NCBI GenBank assembly: GCA_040222015.1
Contig: JAVJWO010000022.1
Location: forward strand, 21,720-85,719
Origin: Coleofasciculus chthonoplastes F2-STO-03
Lineage (GTDB): Bacteria; Cyanobacteriota; Cyanobacteriia; Cyanobacteriales; Coleofasciculaceae
DNA: 64,000 nt
Direction of reading: 5' to 3'
This document shows, piece by piece, positions 1 to 11,400 of this stretch. Both the position numbers and the translations under genes were made by a program. The notes under the pieces are model-generated. The model ran no database searches and was not told the DNA's origin. It saw only the letters and a program-made list of their open reading frames with translations. Position 1 is the stretch's first letter, and the number at the start of each line of letters is the position of its first letter.

Positions 1-29
1 TTTTGTGGCTTTAAAGTTTCCTTGATGAT

Positions 30-1103
30 TTAACGGGGTGAATTTAGTTGCGAGCGATTGAGCTGACTCTCCTGCAATCCTGGTGTAATGAGTGTCGGAT
101 TATTTCCGGCGCTAGGAAGGTTATTGGGTTGAATCGGATATTGTCCAACATTAGCAGAGTTGGCAGGTGCGGTTGGCATCACCGGATAAGTAGTGACACC
201 TGTTGCAGGGGCTGGAGGGGCGGGAACTGATGGATACATGGGCTGTCCGGCACCGTTGTAAACCGTTGCATTCGGTGCCACTCCTGTGGGATAGGTGGGC
301 TGTCCGGCACCATTGTAACCAGAGACCGTCGGTACAGAAGCCGGAGGGTAGCTAGGCTGTATCATCCCTCTGTTAGTTGTCGTCCTTGGTACAGTGGGTA
401 ATGGAGTCCTGTTTTGTTCACTCGTTCCAGAGGTTGGCACGGTTTGACTGGGACTTGTGTCAGAACGTTGCGTCAGTTGCTCAGAATTTTGATTGCTCGT
501 TTGAGACGCCTCAGTTCCTGGCACCTCAGTCAATTCTGGGAAAGCATTCGCAGAACTCGTGTCTGAGTTTGAGGAGGAAGACTCAGAACTCAACATATTC
601 GGTTTGGGAAAGAGTCCCTTACCCGACAAAATATCCCCCATGAGGAACTCTTGTGAGGCTTTGGCAAAGGGATTGCTGAAGCTTGGTTTTGACTCAGCCG
701 CGCTATTTAGGATTGAGGGAGTAGAGGTTGACGGCGGTTCGGATGCCGATGCGGTCAAGGAATTTTTTTTGTCTCCGGGCTTCTGGTTCGGTAGATTAGC
801 CAAGGCGAGAGCATTCTGTTGGTCAAATTCCTCAATCAGGACTGCCGAACTGTCAATATCTGCCATGTTAGCGGCAAGTTCTTCAGCCGAAAGCGTTGTC
901 TCATCCGTTGAGTTCTCAAATTGCTCGCGGATTGGGTCTTCGTCTAAGAAACTCAACCAATTGGGATTCTTCCAATATTCCCAGACAAACAACACGATTA
1001 AGCCAAAGCCCATGACGGATAGCCAAAATTTGGGTTGCCTTAAGGGTTGAAGTCGGGCTTTTAAATAGCGCAGATACGCAGGCACTTGATTGGGAGATGA
1101 CAT
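30..1103 (-). CDS. Hypothetical membrane-anchored protein (N-terminal TM helix, long Ser/Pro/Thr-rich tail)
   Basis: 357-aa ORF; hydrophobic segment FWLSVMGFGLIVLFVWEYW followed by low-complexity sequence. Confidence 0.7.
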   Translation of the reverse strand: MSSPNQVPAYLRYLKARLQPLRQPKFWLSVMGFGLIVLFVWEYWKNPNWLSFLDEDPIREQFENSTDETTLSAEELAANMADIDSSAVLIEEFDQQNALALANLPNQKPGDKKNSLTASASEPPSTSTPSILNSAAESKPSFSNPFAKASQEFLMGDILSGKGLFPKPNMLSSESSSSNSDTSSANAFPELTEVPGTEASQTSNQNSEQLTQRSDTSPSQTVPTSGTSEQNRTPLPTVPRTTTNRGMIQPSYPPASVPTVSGYNGAGQPTYPTGVAPNATVYNGAGQPMYPSVPAPPAPATGVTTYPVMPTAPANSANVGQYPIQPNNLPSAGNNPTLITPGLQESQLNRSQLNSPR

Positions 1104-1434
1104 AGCGCAAGTCAGAAGTAGGATTTGACAAAAATTGAACGAACCGAGTCAGAATAAGTAGGATAATGTAACTTTTGTTACAGAAATAATTTAAAGGATT
1201 GATTTTTTCTGAGTAAACGGTTGGTTCTGTAGTGCAACCCACTAATTATATCTAATTTGATAGACTCTGCGACTCATCCGTTCGGACAGGTTATACCACC
1301 ATGCTGTTCGGTTGAGTAAGCTGACTTAAGCCCTCAACTAAAGTTGGGGCTAAAAGCTGAAACCCGTTGAAACGGGTTCAAAGAGTCATACTTTACAATA
1401 CCAAATTCGGGGAACGCTACCCCGGTTATAACCC

Positions 1435-1486
1435 AGTCCGCGCAGGCGGACTTTGTTTGTGTAGCTGCGATTTCAATCGCCTCCTC
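1435..1486. repeat. Dispersed 52-bp palindromic repeat (copy 1)
   Basis: AGTCCGCGCAGGCGGACT hairpin plus tail; matches 56555-56606 with one mismatch. Confidence 0.85.
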
Positions 1487-1489
1487 TTG

Positions 1490-2635
1490 CTACCGGGCGG
1501 CTCGAATTAATAAAAATCCGCCAACCGCAAACCCCATCAGATTGGGCAACCATGCAGAGATTAAGGGAGGGAGGTAGTTACTCAATCCTAGAGCATCTCC
1601 GATCGCCATTAGCATATAATACGCGAAAATCACTAACACGCTGATACCAAAGCCTGTGGCTTTACTGGTACGCTGAGGTCGATTGCCTAATGATCCCCCA
1701 ACTAAGCCAAAAACAACGCAAGCAAAGGGTAAGGCAAATTTTTGACTGATGCGGATTTTGAGTTTGCGAATGTCATCCTCGTCCCCAGTCTGGCGCTCTA
1801 ACTCTAGTCGTTCTATGGCTTGAGTGATGTTCATTTCATCGTAATCGCGGTCTTTTCTGGCTAAATCTAAGGGAATGCGAGGCAACTGTAGTTGTTGGTG
1901 TTCAAACCGCACGATGTTACGGTAAGAGGCATCCGGCGCAATTAAATAGATAGTGCCGTTGTAGAAATCCCAAGTACTTTGCGCTATATTCCATATTGCG
2001 GAATCAGCGGTGACAATTTGGTTAAGACCTTGCTGAGACCAGTCGAGAATGGTTAAGCCCTTCATCCGCTCACCATCAAAATTTTGAGCGTAGAATAAGC
2101 GCTTGAGTGTTTTATCCTCCTCTGCATATTCTCGATAGAAGATATTGCGCTCTTTGAAGGTGGGTTTTTCCTCTCCTAATGCCTTTTCTAAGGTTATCGT
2201 TGCTTGATAGTTAGAGGCGGGGACTACGTATTCATTAAATCCAAAGGTCATGCCAGTAACAATCAAACTCAGTAATAACGCGGGTAGCACTAGGCGATAA
2301 ATACTCACCCCGCAGCTTCGCAACGCGATTAGTTCACTGTCGCTAGAAAGACGGCTGTAAGTCAATAAGGTGGCTAACAGGACAGATGTAGGAAAAGCAT
2401 ACGCCATGAACTGAGGTAAACTCAACAGCAGCACTTTCAGCACCAATGTGGCTGGTAGTCCTTCATCCACCGCTCTCCGCATCAAGTCAAATAAGCTACC
2501 AATCGTTACCCCCACTGAGGAAAACATTCCCATGCCAAATAAAAATGGGGGAATGAGTTCGGTGATAATATAACGATCCATCACCGATACGCCAGGAATA
2601 AATGAGAAAAGAGGTAGAGATTTACGGATCGTCAT
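1490..2635 (-). CDS. LptF/LptG (YjgP/YjgQ) family LPS export permease
   Basis: MDRYI..EL..PF N-terminal motif, RLSSDSELIALRSCGVS motif, 3+3 TM layout, AWLPN near C-terminus; follows lptB. True start may be the Met of MDRY. Confidence 0.92.
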   Translation of the reverse strand: MTIRKSLPLFSFIPGVSVMDRYIITELIPPFLFGMGMFSSVGVTIGSLFDLMRRAVDEGLPATLVLKVLLLSLPQFMAYAFPTSVLLATLLTYSRLSSDSELIALRSCGVSIYRLVLPALLLSLIVTGMTFGFNEYVVPASNYQATITLEKALGEEKPTFKERNIFYREYAEEDKTLKRLFYAQNFDGERMKGLTILDWSQQGLNQIVTADSAIWNIAQSTWDFYNGTIYLIAPDASYRNIVRFEHQQLQLPRIPLDLARKDRDYDEMNITQAIERLELERQTGDEDDIRKLKIRISQKFALPFACVVFGLVGGSLGNRPQRTSKATGFGISVLVIFAYYMLMAIGDALGLSNYLPPLISAWLPNLMGFAVGGFLLIRAAR

Positions 2636-2717
2636 TCGTCATTCGTCTTATGTCATTCGTCTTATGTTTATGTATGGGTTTGAGGGCTATTTACGGAACA
2701 TTTAGAAACAGCCAGGA

Positions 2718-3446
2718 TTATTTTTGAAACTCATCACCCAAGTAATATTGTCGCACCAACGGGTTGTTGTAAAGTTCTTCCGCACTACCCGATGCCAGAA
2801 TTTGCCCATCTCGCATGATATAGGCGCGATCGGTGATGGCTAGGGTTTCGCGAACATTATGATCCGTAATTAAAACCCCAATTTCGCGATCGCGCAACCG
2901 GGCAATGATTTTCTGGATCTCAGACACAGCAATCGGATCAACCCCAGCAAACGGTTCATCCAAGAATAAAAACTTGGGTCCTTCTGCGCCTGAAGCTAAC
3001 GCTCTTGCCAATTCTGTGCGACGACGTTCACCCCCAGAAACCTGCCTCCCAATCGTATTCGCTGCTTTTTCTAAGCCAAACTCTTCAATCAACGTTCGTA
3101 ACCTCCAGCGCCATTCTTGACGGGGTACACCTGTTTGCTCCAGCACCAGTCGAAGATTATCCCGAACCGTCAGATTACGAAATATACTGGGTTCTTGTGC
3201 CAAATAGCCAATCCCAAAACGCGCCCGCTGGTGCATCGGCTGCTTGGTGATGTCCTGATCATCTAACCATACTGTCCCTTGATTCGGTTTTTCCAGACCA
3301 ATAGCAATGTAAAAGGTGGTCGTTTTTCCCGCACCATTTGGACCCAATAGTCCCACCACTTCGCCCTGTGCCACTGACAGATTGACACGGTTAACGATAG
3401 ACTGCTTATTATAGGATTTATGAATATTCTCTAAAACGATTTTCAA
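2718..3446 (-). CDS. lptB: LPS export ABC transporter ATP-binding protein
   Basis: Walker A GPNGAGKTT, SGGERRR signature, LDEPFAGVDP, ITDHNVRETL, YYLG C-terminus; TTG start with GAGG upstream. Confidence 0.95.
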   Translation of the reverse strand: MKIVLENIHKSYNKQSIVNRVNLSVAQGEVVGLLGPNGAGKTTTFYIAIGLEKPNQGTVWLDDQDITKQPMHQRARFGIGYLAQEPSIFRNLTVRDNLRLVLEQTGVPRQEWRWRLRTLIEEFGLEKAANTIGRQVSGGERRRTELARALASGAEGPKFLFLDEPFAGVDPIAVSEIQKIIARLRDREIGVLITDHNVRETLAITDRAYIMRDGQILASGSAEELYNNPLVRQYYLGDEFQK

Positions 3447-3480
3447 GAATAGCTACCTCAGTTGGGGAGTTTTGTGATCT

Positions 3481-3689
3481 GTAGAGACGTACCATGGCAC
3501 GTCTTTCCGGGGCGGGTTTCACTACTATCGTTTTCTCTTCACCCAGATGTAACTCGCGCCCGCCCCGATTAGTGTTCAGTTGAAGGGTACTGACTGGCAT
3601 GCTGGTGGGCAATGCCCACCCTACTGTTCCATAACAAATGACGAATGACGAATGACAAATGACGAATGACAAATGACAAATGACGAATA
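3481..3689. repeat. Cluster of REP-like palindromes plus (AATGACR)n STRR array between lptA and lptB
   Basis: GTAGAGACG..CGTCT, GGGGCGGG..CCCGCCCC and GGTGGGCAATGCCCACC palindromes; heptamer array at about 3637-3689. Confidence 0.8.
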
Positions 3690-3693
3690 ACAA

Positions 3694-4209
3694 CTACTGA
3701 TCACTTACTGGAGTTTTGAATACAGGTTTTGGATTAAAGGGAGGAGTTACAGGCGACGCGACAGGTTGAGTTGGAGCTTCTGGATCAGACACAATGTAGA
3801 TCGATTCAACCTGTTGTTCAGTTTTCGGTAGAGCAACAAAGCGCCCTTCATCAATTAAATAGGTAATCGTTTCACCACGCAGACTATTGCCTTGTTGCAA
3901 AACATAAACATTTCCCGTGAGAACAATACGCCGTTCTCGACTAAAATATTGAGCTTGAGCCGCCGTTGCTTGAATTTGGCGAGCTGGATAATCAATCTGT
4001 ACATTCCCCCGTGCGGTGACAACACCCGTTAGGGAATTCGCTTCTTGAACATCTGCCCGAACCGTGATGGCACGTCCATCCCCAGTTTGGGCTTGGGCAT
4101 CTTTGAGGGGAGTGGGAAGCGCGATCGCTCCCATCAGGCTAATTGGCACAATCAGCGCTATGCCTAGACGTTGCTTCAGGTTCACCATATCAAATAAGCA
4201 GGACTTCAT
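3694..4209 (-). CDS. lptA: LptA/OstA family periplasmic LPS transport protein
   Basis: Signal peptide ending AQA; OstA-type motifs TARGNVQI and LTGNVYVLQQGNSLRGETITY; upstream of lptB. Confidence 0.85.
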   Translation of the reverse strand: MKSCLFDMVNLKQRLGIALIVPISLMGAIALPTPLKDAQAQTGDGRAITVRADVQEANSLTGVVTARGNVQIDYPARQIQATAAQAQYFSRERRIVLTGNVYVLQQGNSLRGETITYLIDEGRFVALPKTEQQVESIYIVSDPEAPTQPVASPVTPPFNPKPVFKTPVSDQ

Positions 4210-4526
4210 CAGTATATTTATCAGCCATAGGTGTCGGGCAGATCCGAGAAGTCTTTCAACCTCAGACCTCTGTATTATACTACTGGCGATTCATCAGAAA
4301 TTCAGTCTAGCTCCGCTCCCCATCCAGAAATCGGGTCATGATTCTTCTCGCCAGTTTCGTCTAACTCTTTTGACGCATCAGCACTTGCCCAGGTTTCATT
4401 GCCACGATTTCATCAGAGATAGTTATTATACTTAACTCTGAAAAATTGGCTACAGTTCGTTTTCCTGACTTGGTTGAAAATATATTACTTACCGTTGTTG
4501 TTTAGTTCTGTAGTCTTTAGCCAGCG

Positions 4527-5126
4527 ATGACAAATCAGCCTCGCGATCGCCAAGATTCACCCTCACAGTCTCTTGATTCGTCTGCACCCGTAGCTAATGT
4601 GCTACAGTTTCCGCAGACAGAGCCAACCTTTTACTACTTCGCCTATGGCTCCTGTATGTGTCCAGTTGATTTAAAGCGATCGCTAAATGAAAGTACTCAT
4701 GCTTTCGTCCTAGGCTCAGCCGTTCTCAACGGATATAGACTGGGATTTAACCGCAAATCAGTCAAGCGTAACTGTGGTGTACTGGATATCGTACCCGATG
4801 TGAACGCAACGGTTGAAGGCGTCTTATACCGCTTACCTGAGCGATTTAGTGATCCTCTTGATCACCGGGAAGAAGTACCCCGTGGTGGCTATCGACGAGA
4901 AACCGTGCAAGTATGTTGTCAAGGACGAATCTATCACAATGTCCGGACTTATGTAGTTGTGGAAAAATTAGCCGAAGAACTAGCACCGAATGATTGGTAT
5001 TTTAATGTTGTACTGCGCGGGGCTATCACCTGTGGGTTAAGCGAATCTTACTGTTGGCAACTCTTTAACCACATGCATCAGCTTCAACAGCGTCACTGGC
5101 AAACCCAATCCTTACGTTCCGCGTAG
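4527..5126 (+). CDS. Gamma-glutamylcyclotransferase family protein
   Basis: YYFAYGS motif, VEGVLY, LDHREE. Confidence 0.85.
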   Translation: MTNQPRDRQDSPSQSLDSSAPVANVLQFPQTEPTFYYFAYGSCMCPVDLKRSLNESTHAFVLGSAVLNGYRLGFNRKSVKRNCGVLDIVPDVNATVEGVLYRLPERFSDPLDHREEVPRGGYRRETVQVCCQGRIYHNVRTYVVVEKLAEELAPNDWYFNVVLRGAITCGLSESYCWQLFNHMHQLQQRHWQTQSLRSA

Positions 5127-5442
5127 TCAGCACCTCCGACAAGGATCGGGTGATTGATTGTGCGTTTATCATCCCTCCCCTCTCTTCCTACTCCCTTCTG
5201 ACTCCCCTCTCCTAGGCTTGGGAGAGGGGCTGGGGGTGAGGGCTGCCATTGGTGTCAACTTAAGGTGAAAAGCTCAGTTGAGCAAGGGTGTAGGGTGTCA
5301 ATTGTCTGTTGGCAGCTAAAAAACCTAACACCTACCACTGATCCTATAAAAAAAGAGACACTTTCCCATCAAAATGCTACCGTTTTTAGATAGACGTACC
5401 ATTCCTACGTCTAGACCAACGCACTAATAGCGAAATCCCACC

Positions 5443-8400
5443 GTGATTATCCTTCCGGGTTACCAGATTCTCTCCAAAATATACGAAAGCTCTAATTCTA
5501 TAGTCTATCGGGGAATCCGACAGGTCGATACTCAACCTGTTATTTTGAAACTTCTCCAACCCGACTATCCTACGTCTGAAGAACTTAGCCGCTATAAAAC
5601 TGAATACGAAATTACTCATAACTGGCAACTGGCGAGTGTCATTCGCGCCGATGACTTACTCGCTTATCAGAATAGGTTGGTGATCATATTTGAAGATATT
5701 GGCGGAGAATCATTAAACGTATTACTCAATACAATAAAATTTTCACTATCCGATATTCTGGACATTGCAATTAAGATTACAGAAGGCTTAGGTCAAATCC
5801 ACGCCGATAATACAATTCATAAAGATATTAATCCATCAAATATTATTTTCAATCCCGTAACGGGACAACTCAAAATTATTGATTTTGGTATCGCGGTTCG
5901 CGTATCCAGCGAAAATCATTCCCTAAAACAATCGCCTAGTGTAGAGGGAACATTAGCCTATTTATCACCCGAGCAAACTGGACGGATGGATTGTCCTCTA
6001 GATTACCGCACGGATTTTTATTCCTTAGGTGTCACTCTTTATGAACTATTAACCCATCATCTCCCTTTCGATAAAGATGAACCTATGGAGTTGATTTATT
6101 GCCATCTGGCTCAACAGCCTCTCCCCCCTCATGTAACATTGCAGTCAAACATCGTAGAGGAGGAGGACAAGGAAGATGGGGAAGACAAGGAAGATGGGGA
6201 CGTTGACTCAAAACTCAGTCAAGGCGGGTTTGGCACAAACGTTACCATCAATAGCGAACAGAAAGTTCCTCAATCCATCCCGACAAATCTGGTTCCAGAT
6301 GAGCCTAGTGTTGGGTCAATACTCCACACTCACCACTTTCTTAATCACCAATTAGTTTGTCCTAAAGCTATTTCCAATATTGTCATGAAACTATTGGAAA
6401 AAATGCCGCAAAAGCGATACCAAAGTGCTGTAGGACTCAAGGCGGATTTAGAGTATTGTTTAGACCAATTAAAAACAACTGGCAAAATTCAAGAATTCCC
6501 CCTTGGATGTCATGATCTGGGAATAATATTGCAAATCCCCCCAAAACTTTATGGTCGAGAACGCGAAATTCAAGCACTCCTCGCCGCTTTTTTTCGCATC
6601 GCTTGTTACCCAAAGGGGCAGGGGGCAAGGAATACCCAAAAAGGGCTGAGTGAAATCATGCTGATTACCGGTGATTCTGGGGTTGGCAAATCCGCTCTAA
6701 TCCCGCAAATTCGTCCATCTATTATCCAGAAAAACAGTTATTTTATTACTGGAAAATTTGATCAATTTCAACGCAATATTCCTTATTCCGCCCTGGTTAA
6801 TGCCTTCTCCAAATTAATCCGAAAAATTTTAACTGAACCTGAAGCACAACTTAGGCAATGGGAAAAAAGATTAGTGAAAGCCTTGGGTCGCAATGGACAA
6901 ATTATTATCCAGGTCATTCCAGACGTTGAATTGATTATTGGTACTCAGCCTGAAGTGCCTGAATTAGGATTGGCTGAATCACAAAATCGCTTTCATTTAG
7001 TGTTTCAAGCCTTTATGCGGGTTTTCTGTCAACCTGAACATCCTTTAGTCATTTTTTTAGATGATTTACAATGGGCTGATGCGGCTACCCTAAAGTTGCT
7101 GGAATTCATTTTGACAGATGACCCAATCCACCATCTATTCCTGATTGGTGCCTATCGAGACAATGAAGTTGAGCCGAATCATTCTTTAATGATTAGCTTC
7201 GATAAAATTTGTAGTCTTGGCGTTAGTCTTAACCAAATTATCTTAAACCCCCTGAACCGGGAACACGTTATTGAGTTAATCTCCGAAACCTTACACAGAG
7301 ATGCTCAAGCGGTTACTGATTTAGCCGAACTCATCGTGCGTAAAACCGCAGGAAATCCTTTTTTTATTAAAGAATTTATTAAAACCCTCGCCCAGGAAAA
7401 TCTGATTTTCTTTAGTTATTCTACCAACAAAGGTTTAGGTCAGTGGACTTGGGATATCGACCGGATTGAAGAAACGGCGATTACAGATAACGTGGTGGAG
7501 TTGATGATTGGCAAGTTAAAAAAACTTCCGGAAAGCACTCAACAGGTTTTAAGTTTAGCCGCTTGTATCGGAAATCATTTTCAACTCGATTTACTTGCCA
7601 AAATTTATGGGAAAATTCCGAAGGAAACCTGGGATGATTTATCTACAGCAATTAAGTTAGGATTAATTGAACCTCAGGCAAAAAATTCCAAAACATATTT
7701 TCATTTAATTCAATATTATAAATTTTCGCACGATCGCGTCCAACAAGCGGTTGATGCTTTAATGGATAAAGCAACAAAAGAAACCGTGCACTGGCACATT
7801 GGTCGGCTGTTGCTTGCCCAGCTATCCCCCTATCAAAAATATGAGCGAATTTTTGATATTGTTGATCATCTCAATTGGAAAGCTTACGCAATTACCACGA
7901 CTCACGAACGACTTGAATTAACTCGGTTAAACTTAGCGGCTGCCAAAAAAGCGAAGTCAGCAACGGCTTATACCGCCGCTAGAGATTACCTAAACTACGG
8001 ACTATTAACCTTAAGTGAAACAAGCTGGACTGACCAGTATTCATTAACCTTAAAACTTCATAATGAACTCGCTGAAGTTGAATATCTGAATGGTGACTTT
8101 GAATCATCACAGCATTTAATTCATCAGAGTTTAATTCAAGCTAAATCCGTTGTGGAACAGGCTGAACTGTATAACCTGCTTATTGTTCAGCATACCATGC
8201 TAGCCAACTATAAAGAAGCCATTCAAGTCGGACGCAAAGCCCTCAAAAAAATCGGCATCGATTTTCCAGACACTAATGTAAAAAGCGGCTTAACTAGTGA
8301 ATTGTCTGACTTAAAACGAAATTTAGGAAATCGGCACATTGCCAGTTTAATTGATTTACCCGATATGACCGACACGGTGATAAAAGCGGCAGTCAATTTA

Positions 8401-11400
8401 CTATTAAGTCTCGATCCGCCCACGTATTTCTTTGATCAAGATAGTTATGCCTGGGTTACGGTAAAACTCGTCAATTTATCCCTACAATATGGCAATGCTC
8501 CTGAATCAGCTAAAGGCTATTCTAATTATGGATTACTCCTGGGTTCCCTTTGGGGAGATTATCAGTCTGGGTATGCCTTTGGCTTACTGTCTTGTCAACT
8601 GAGTAAAACTTTTAATCATCCAATTTATATCAGTCGAACTCATCAATTCTTGGCGACATTTTTGAATTCCTGGGTCAAGCCGATTCAATGTGCCGAGTCG
8701 ATTAATCATGAAGCTTATCAGGCGGGAATGGAAGCGGGTGACTTTCAATATGTTGGCTATATCTTAAACAATCAATTTTATAATGCCTTCAATCAAGGCT
8801 CAAGCTTAACTGATGTCCTTACCCAAGCGGATACATTTTTGCACTTTAGCCGTAAAACTCAAAATCAATGGGTAACAGACATGATTTTAGCCTGTAAACT
8901 GCCTGTTTGGAATTTATGTGGACGAACGGAAGCTAAAGAGGTTTTTGATACTGATGAGATGAGTGAAGCCAATTATTTAGCCACCTGCCATACTTATCAG
9001 ACGTTTGGTGGTCTTTGTACATTTTATAGTATTAAAGCCTGGGTTCTCTATCTCTACAACCAACCCGAAACAGCACTTAATTGTATTAAATCAGCCGAAA
9101 AATACTTGCCCTTTATTCGGGGTTTATTCACCCAAGCTGAACATAATTTTTATAGATCCCTGATTCTCACCGCACTCTATCCTCAGGCAGCGGAGAGTCA
9201 ACAAGCTGATTATTGGCAAACATTGAGTATTGCTCAAGCTCAGATGAAAGGTTGGGTAGACAATTGTCCAGAAAACTTTCGGCATAACTATGTATTAATT
9301 AATGCAGAAATGGCACGAATTTCTGGTCAAACGGAAAAAGCAATGGACTTCTATGATCAAGCCATTGATTTAGCCAGAACCAATGGGTTTATTCACCATG
9401 AGGCTTTAGGAAATGAACTAGCCGCCAAGTTTTGGTTGAGTAAAGGTAAGGTAAAGTTTGCTCAACTATACATGCAAAAAGCACGCCATGGCTATCAACA
9501 TTGGGGTGCCAAGCGAAAGGTTGAAGATTTAGAGAAGACTTATCCTGGCTTATTTACCGACGCCTTAACCTCGGTTAATATCAAAGATACACTTACCAAT
9601 TCACATACGGACTCAGTTTCGGGGAGTCATCTTGCCGCTGTGCTAGACTTGACCACAATCATTAAAACATTCCAAGCGCTTTCTAGTGAAATTGCCCTCG
9701 ATAAGTTGCTGATTAGCTTAATGAAAATTTTAATCGAAAATGCTGGCGCGACACAAGGCGCTTTACTATTGGATTGGGAGGGACAGTTACGGATTGAAGC
9801 AACTTGTCGGGGGGATCTGGATAGTATTGCTGTCTTACAATCGATTCCCTTAGAAACCAGCCAAGATATTCCCATCGCCATTATCCATTATGTCAGCCGG
9901 ACGCAAGACATTTTAGTCTTAAACGATGCCACGTCTGAGGATAGATTTATTACCGATGCCTATATTCAGCAAAATCAACCCAAATCTATTGTCTGTGCAC
10001 CACTGCTGAATCAAGGACAATTAATTGGACTGTTTTATCTAGAAAATAATTTAGCGATCGCGGCATTTACACCCGCACGAGTTGAACTATTAAATCTAAT
10101 ATCAGCCCAAGCCGCGATTTCGATTAAAAATGCTCGGCTGTGGCAAAAACAAGCGGAACTTAATCATTCATTAAAGGCGGAAATTGCCGAACGCCAACGC
10201 ACAGACGCAGCTTTACGTAAAAGTGAGGGACTTTATCGAACCCTGACACAAAACTTTCCTAATGGCAGTGTTTTATTATTTGATCGAGAGTTACGCTTCT
10301 TGTTAGCAGAAGGGGAGGGGGTAAGGGCTGGCGGTTTTGAACCGGAACAGTTAAAAGGAAAAACGATTACAGAGGTTTTATCACCCGATGTTTGTAAAAT
10401 AATCGAACCCCTGTATCAGTCAGCCTTAGCCGGAGAAACCCGGGTATCGGAAATTACATTTGCCGATCGCACCCATCAAGTCTATACCCTGCCGGTGAAA
10501 AATGAGCGGGGTGAAATTTTTGCCGGGATGGTAATGTCTCAAGATATCACCCTGCAAAAACAAGCGGAACATATCTTACAAAATGCGCGATCAGAATTAG
10601 AACGGCAAGTGGAAGAACGCACCCAAGCTTTAACCACGATGAATACTATCTTACAGACGGAAATTGCTGAACGTCGTGAGGCTGAAGCAAAACTTAAAGA
10701 ACTCACCCAGGAACTACAACGTTCTAATCAAGAATTGGAACAATTTGCCTATATTGCTTCCCACGATTTGCAGGAACCGTTACGCGCTGTGGCAAGTTAT
10801 ACCCAACTTTTACAACAAGACTACCTCGATCAACTCGATGAATCCGCCCAAGACTATATGGCATTTATCATTGATGGTGCAACCCGAATGCGCCAGTTAA
10901 TTCAAGCCTTGCTGATGTATTCTCGCTTGGGGACTCGTCCACCCGAAGGAAAACCCACTGACTGTAATGCTATACTGCGCCAAGTGACTGAAAATTTGCA
11001 GATCGCGATCGCAGAAAGCCAAGCGACGATTACCTACGATGCCCTCCCCACAGTTCAGGCTGATCCCACTCAACTGATCCAACTGTTTCAAAATCTGATC
11101 GGAAACGCGATAAAATTCTGCCGCGATCGTCCCCCTCTCATCCAGATTGAGGCACAATTGATAGAGAATGCATGGCTGTTTCAGGTAAAGGATAATGGAA
11201 TTGGGATTAAACCCAAATACCTCGACCGTATCTTTGTCATCTTCAAACGTCTCCATACCCGGCGCGAGTTTTCGGGTACAGGTATCGGTTTAGCCGTTTG
11301 TAAGAAAATTGTCGAACGCCACGGTGGACGGATTTGGGTGGAATCTCAACCTGGAGTTGGTAGCACATTTTTCTTGACCCTTCCCTGTTTAATATCCTCG

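Noticed and set aside
3418..3693. 91-aa ORF between lptA and lptB
   Set aside because: Made of STRR (FVICHLS) and REP-like palindromes; spurious
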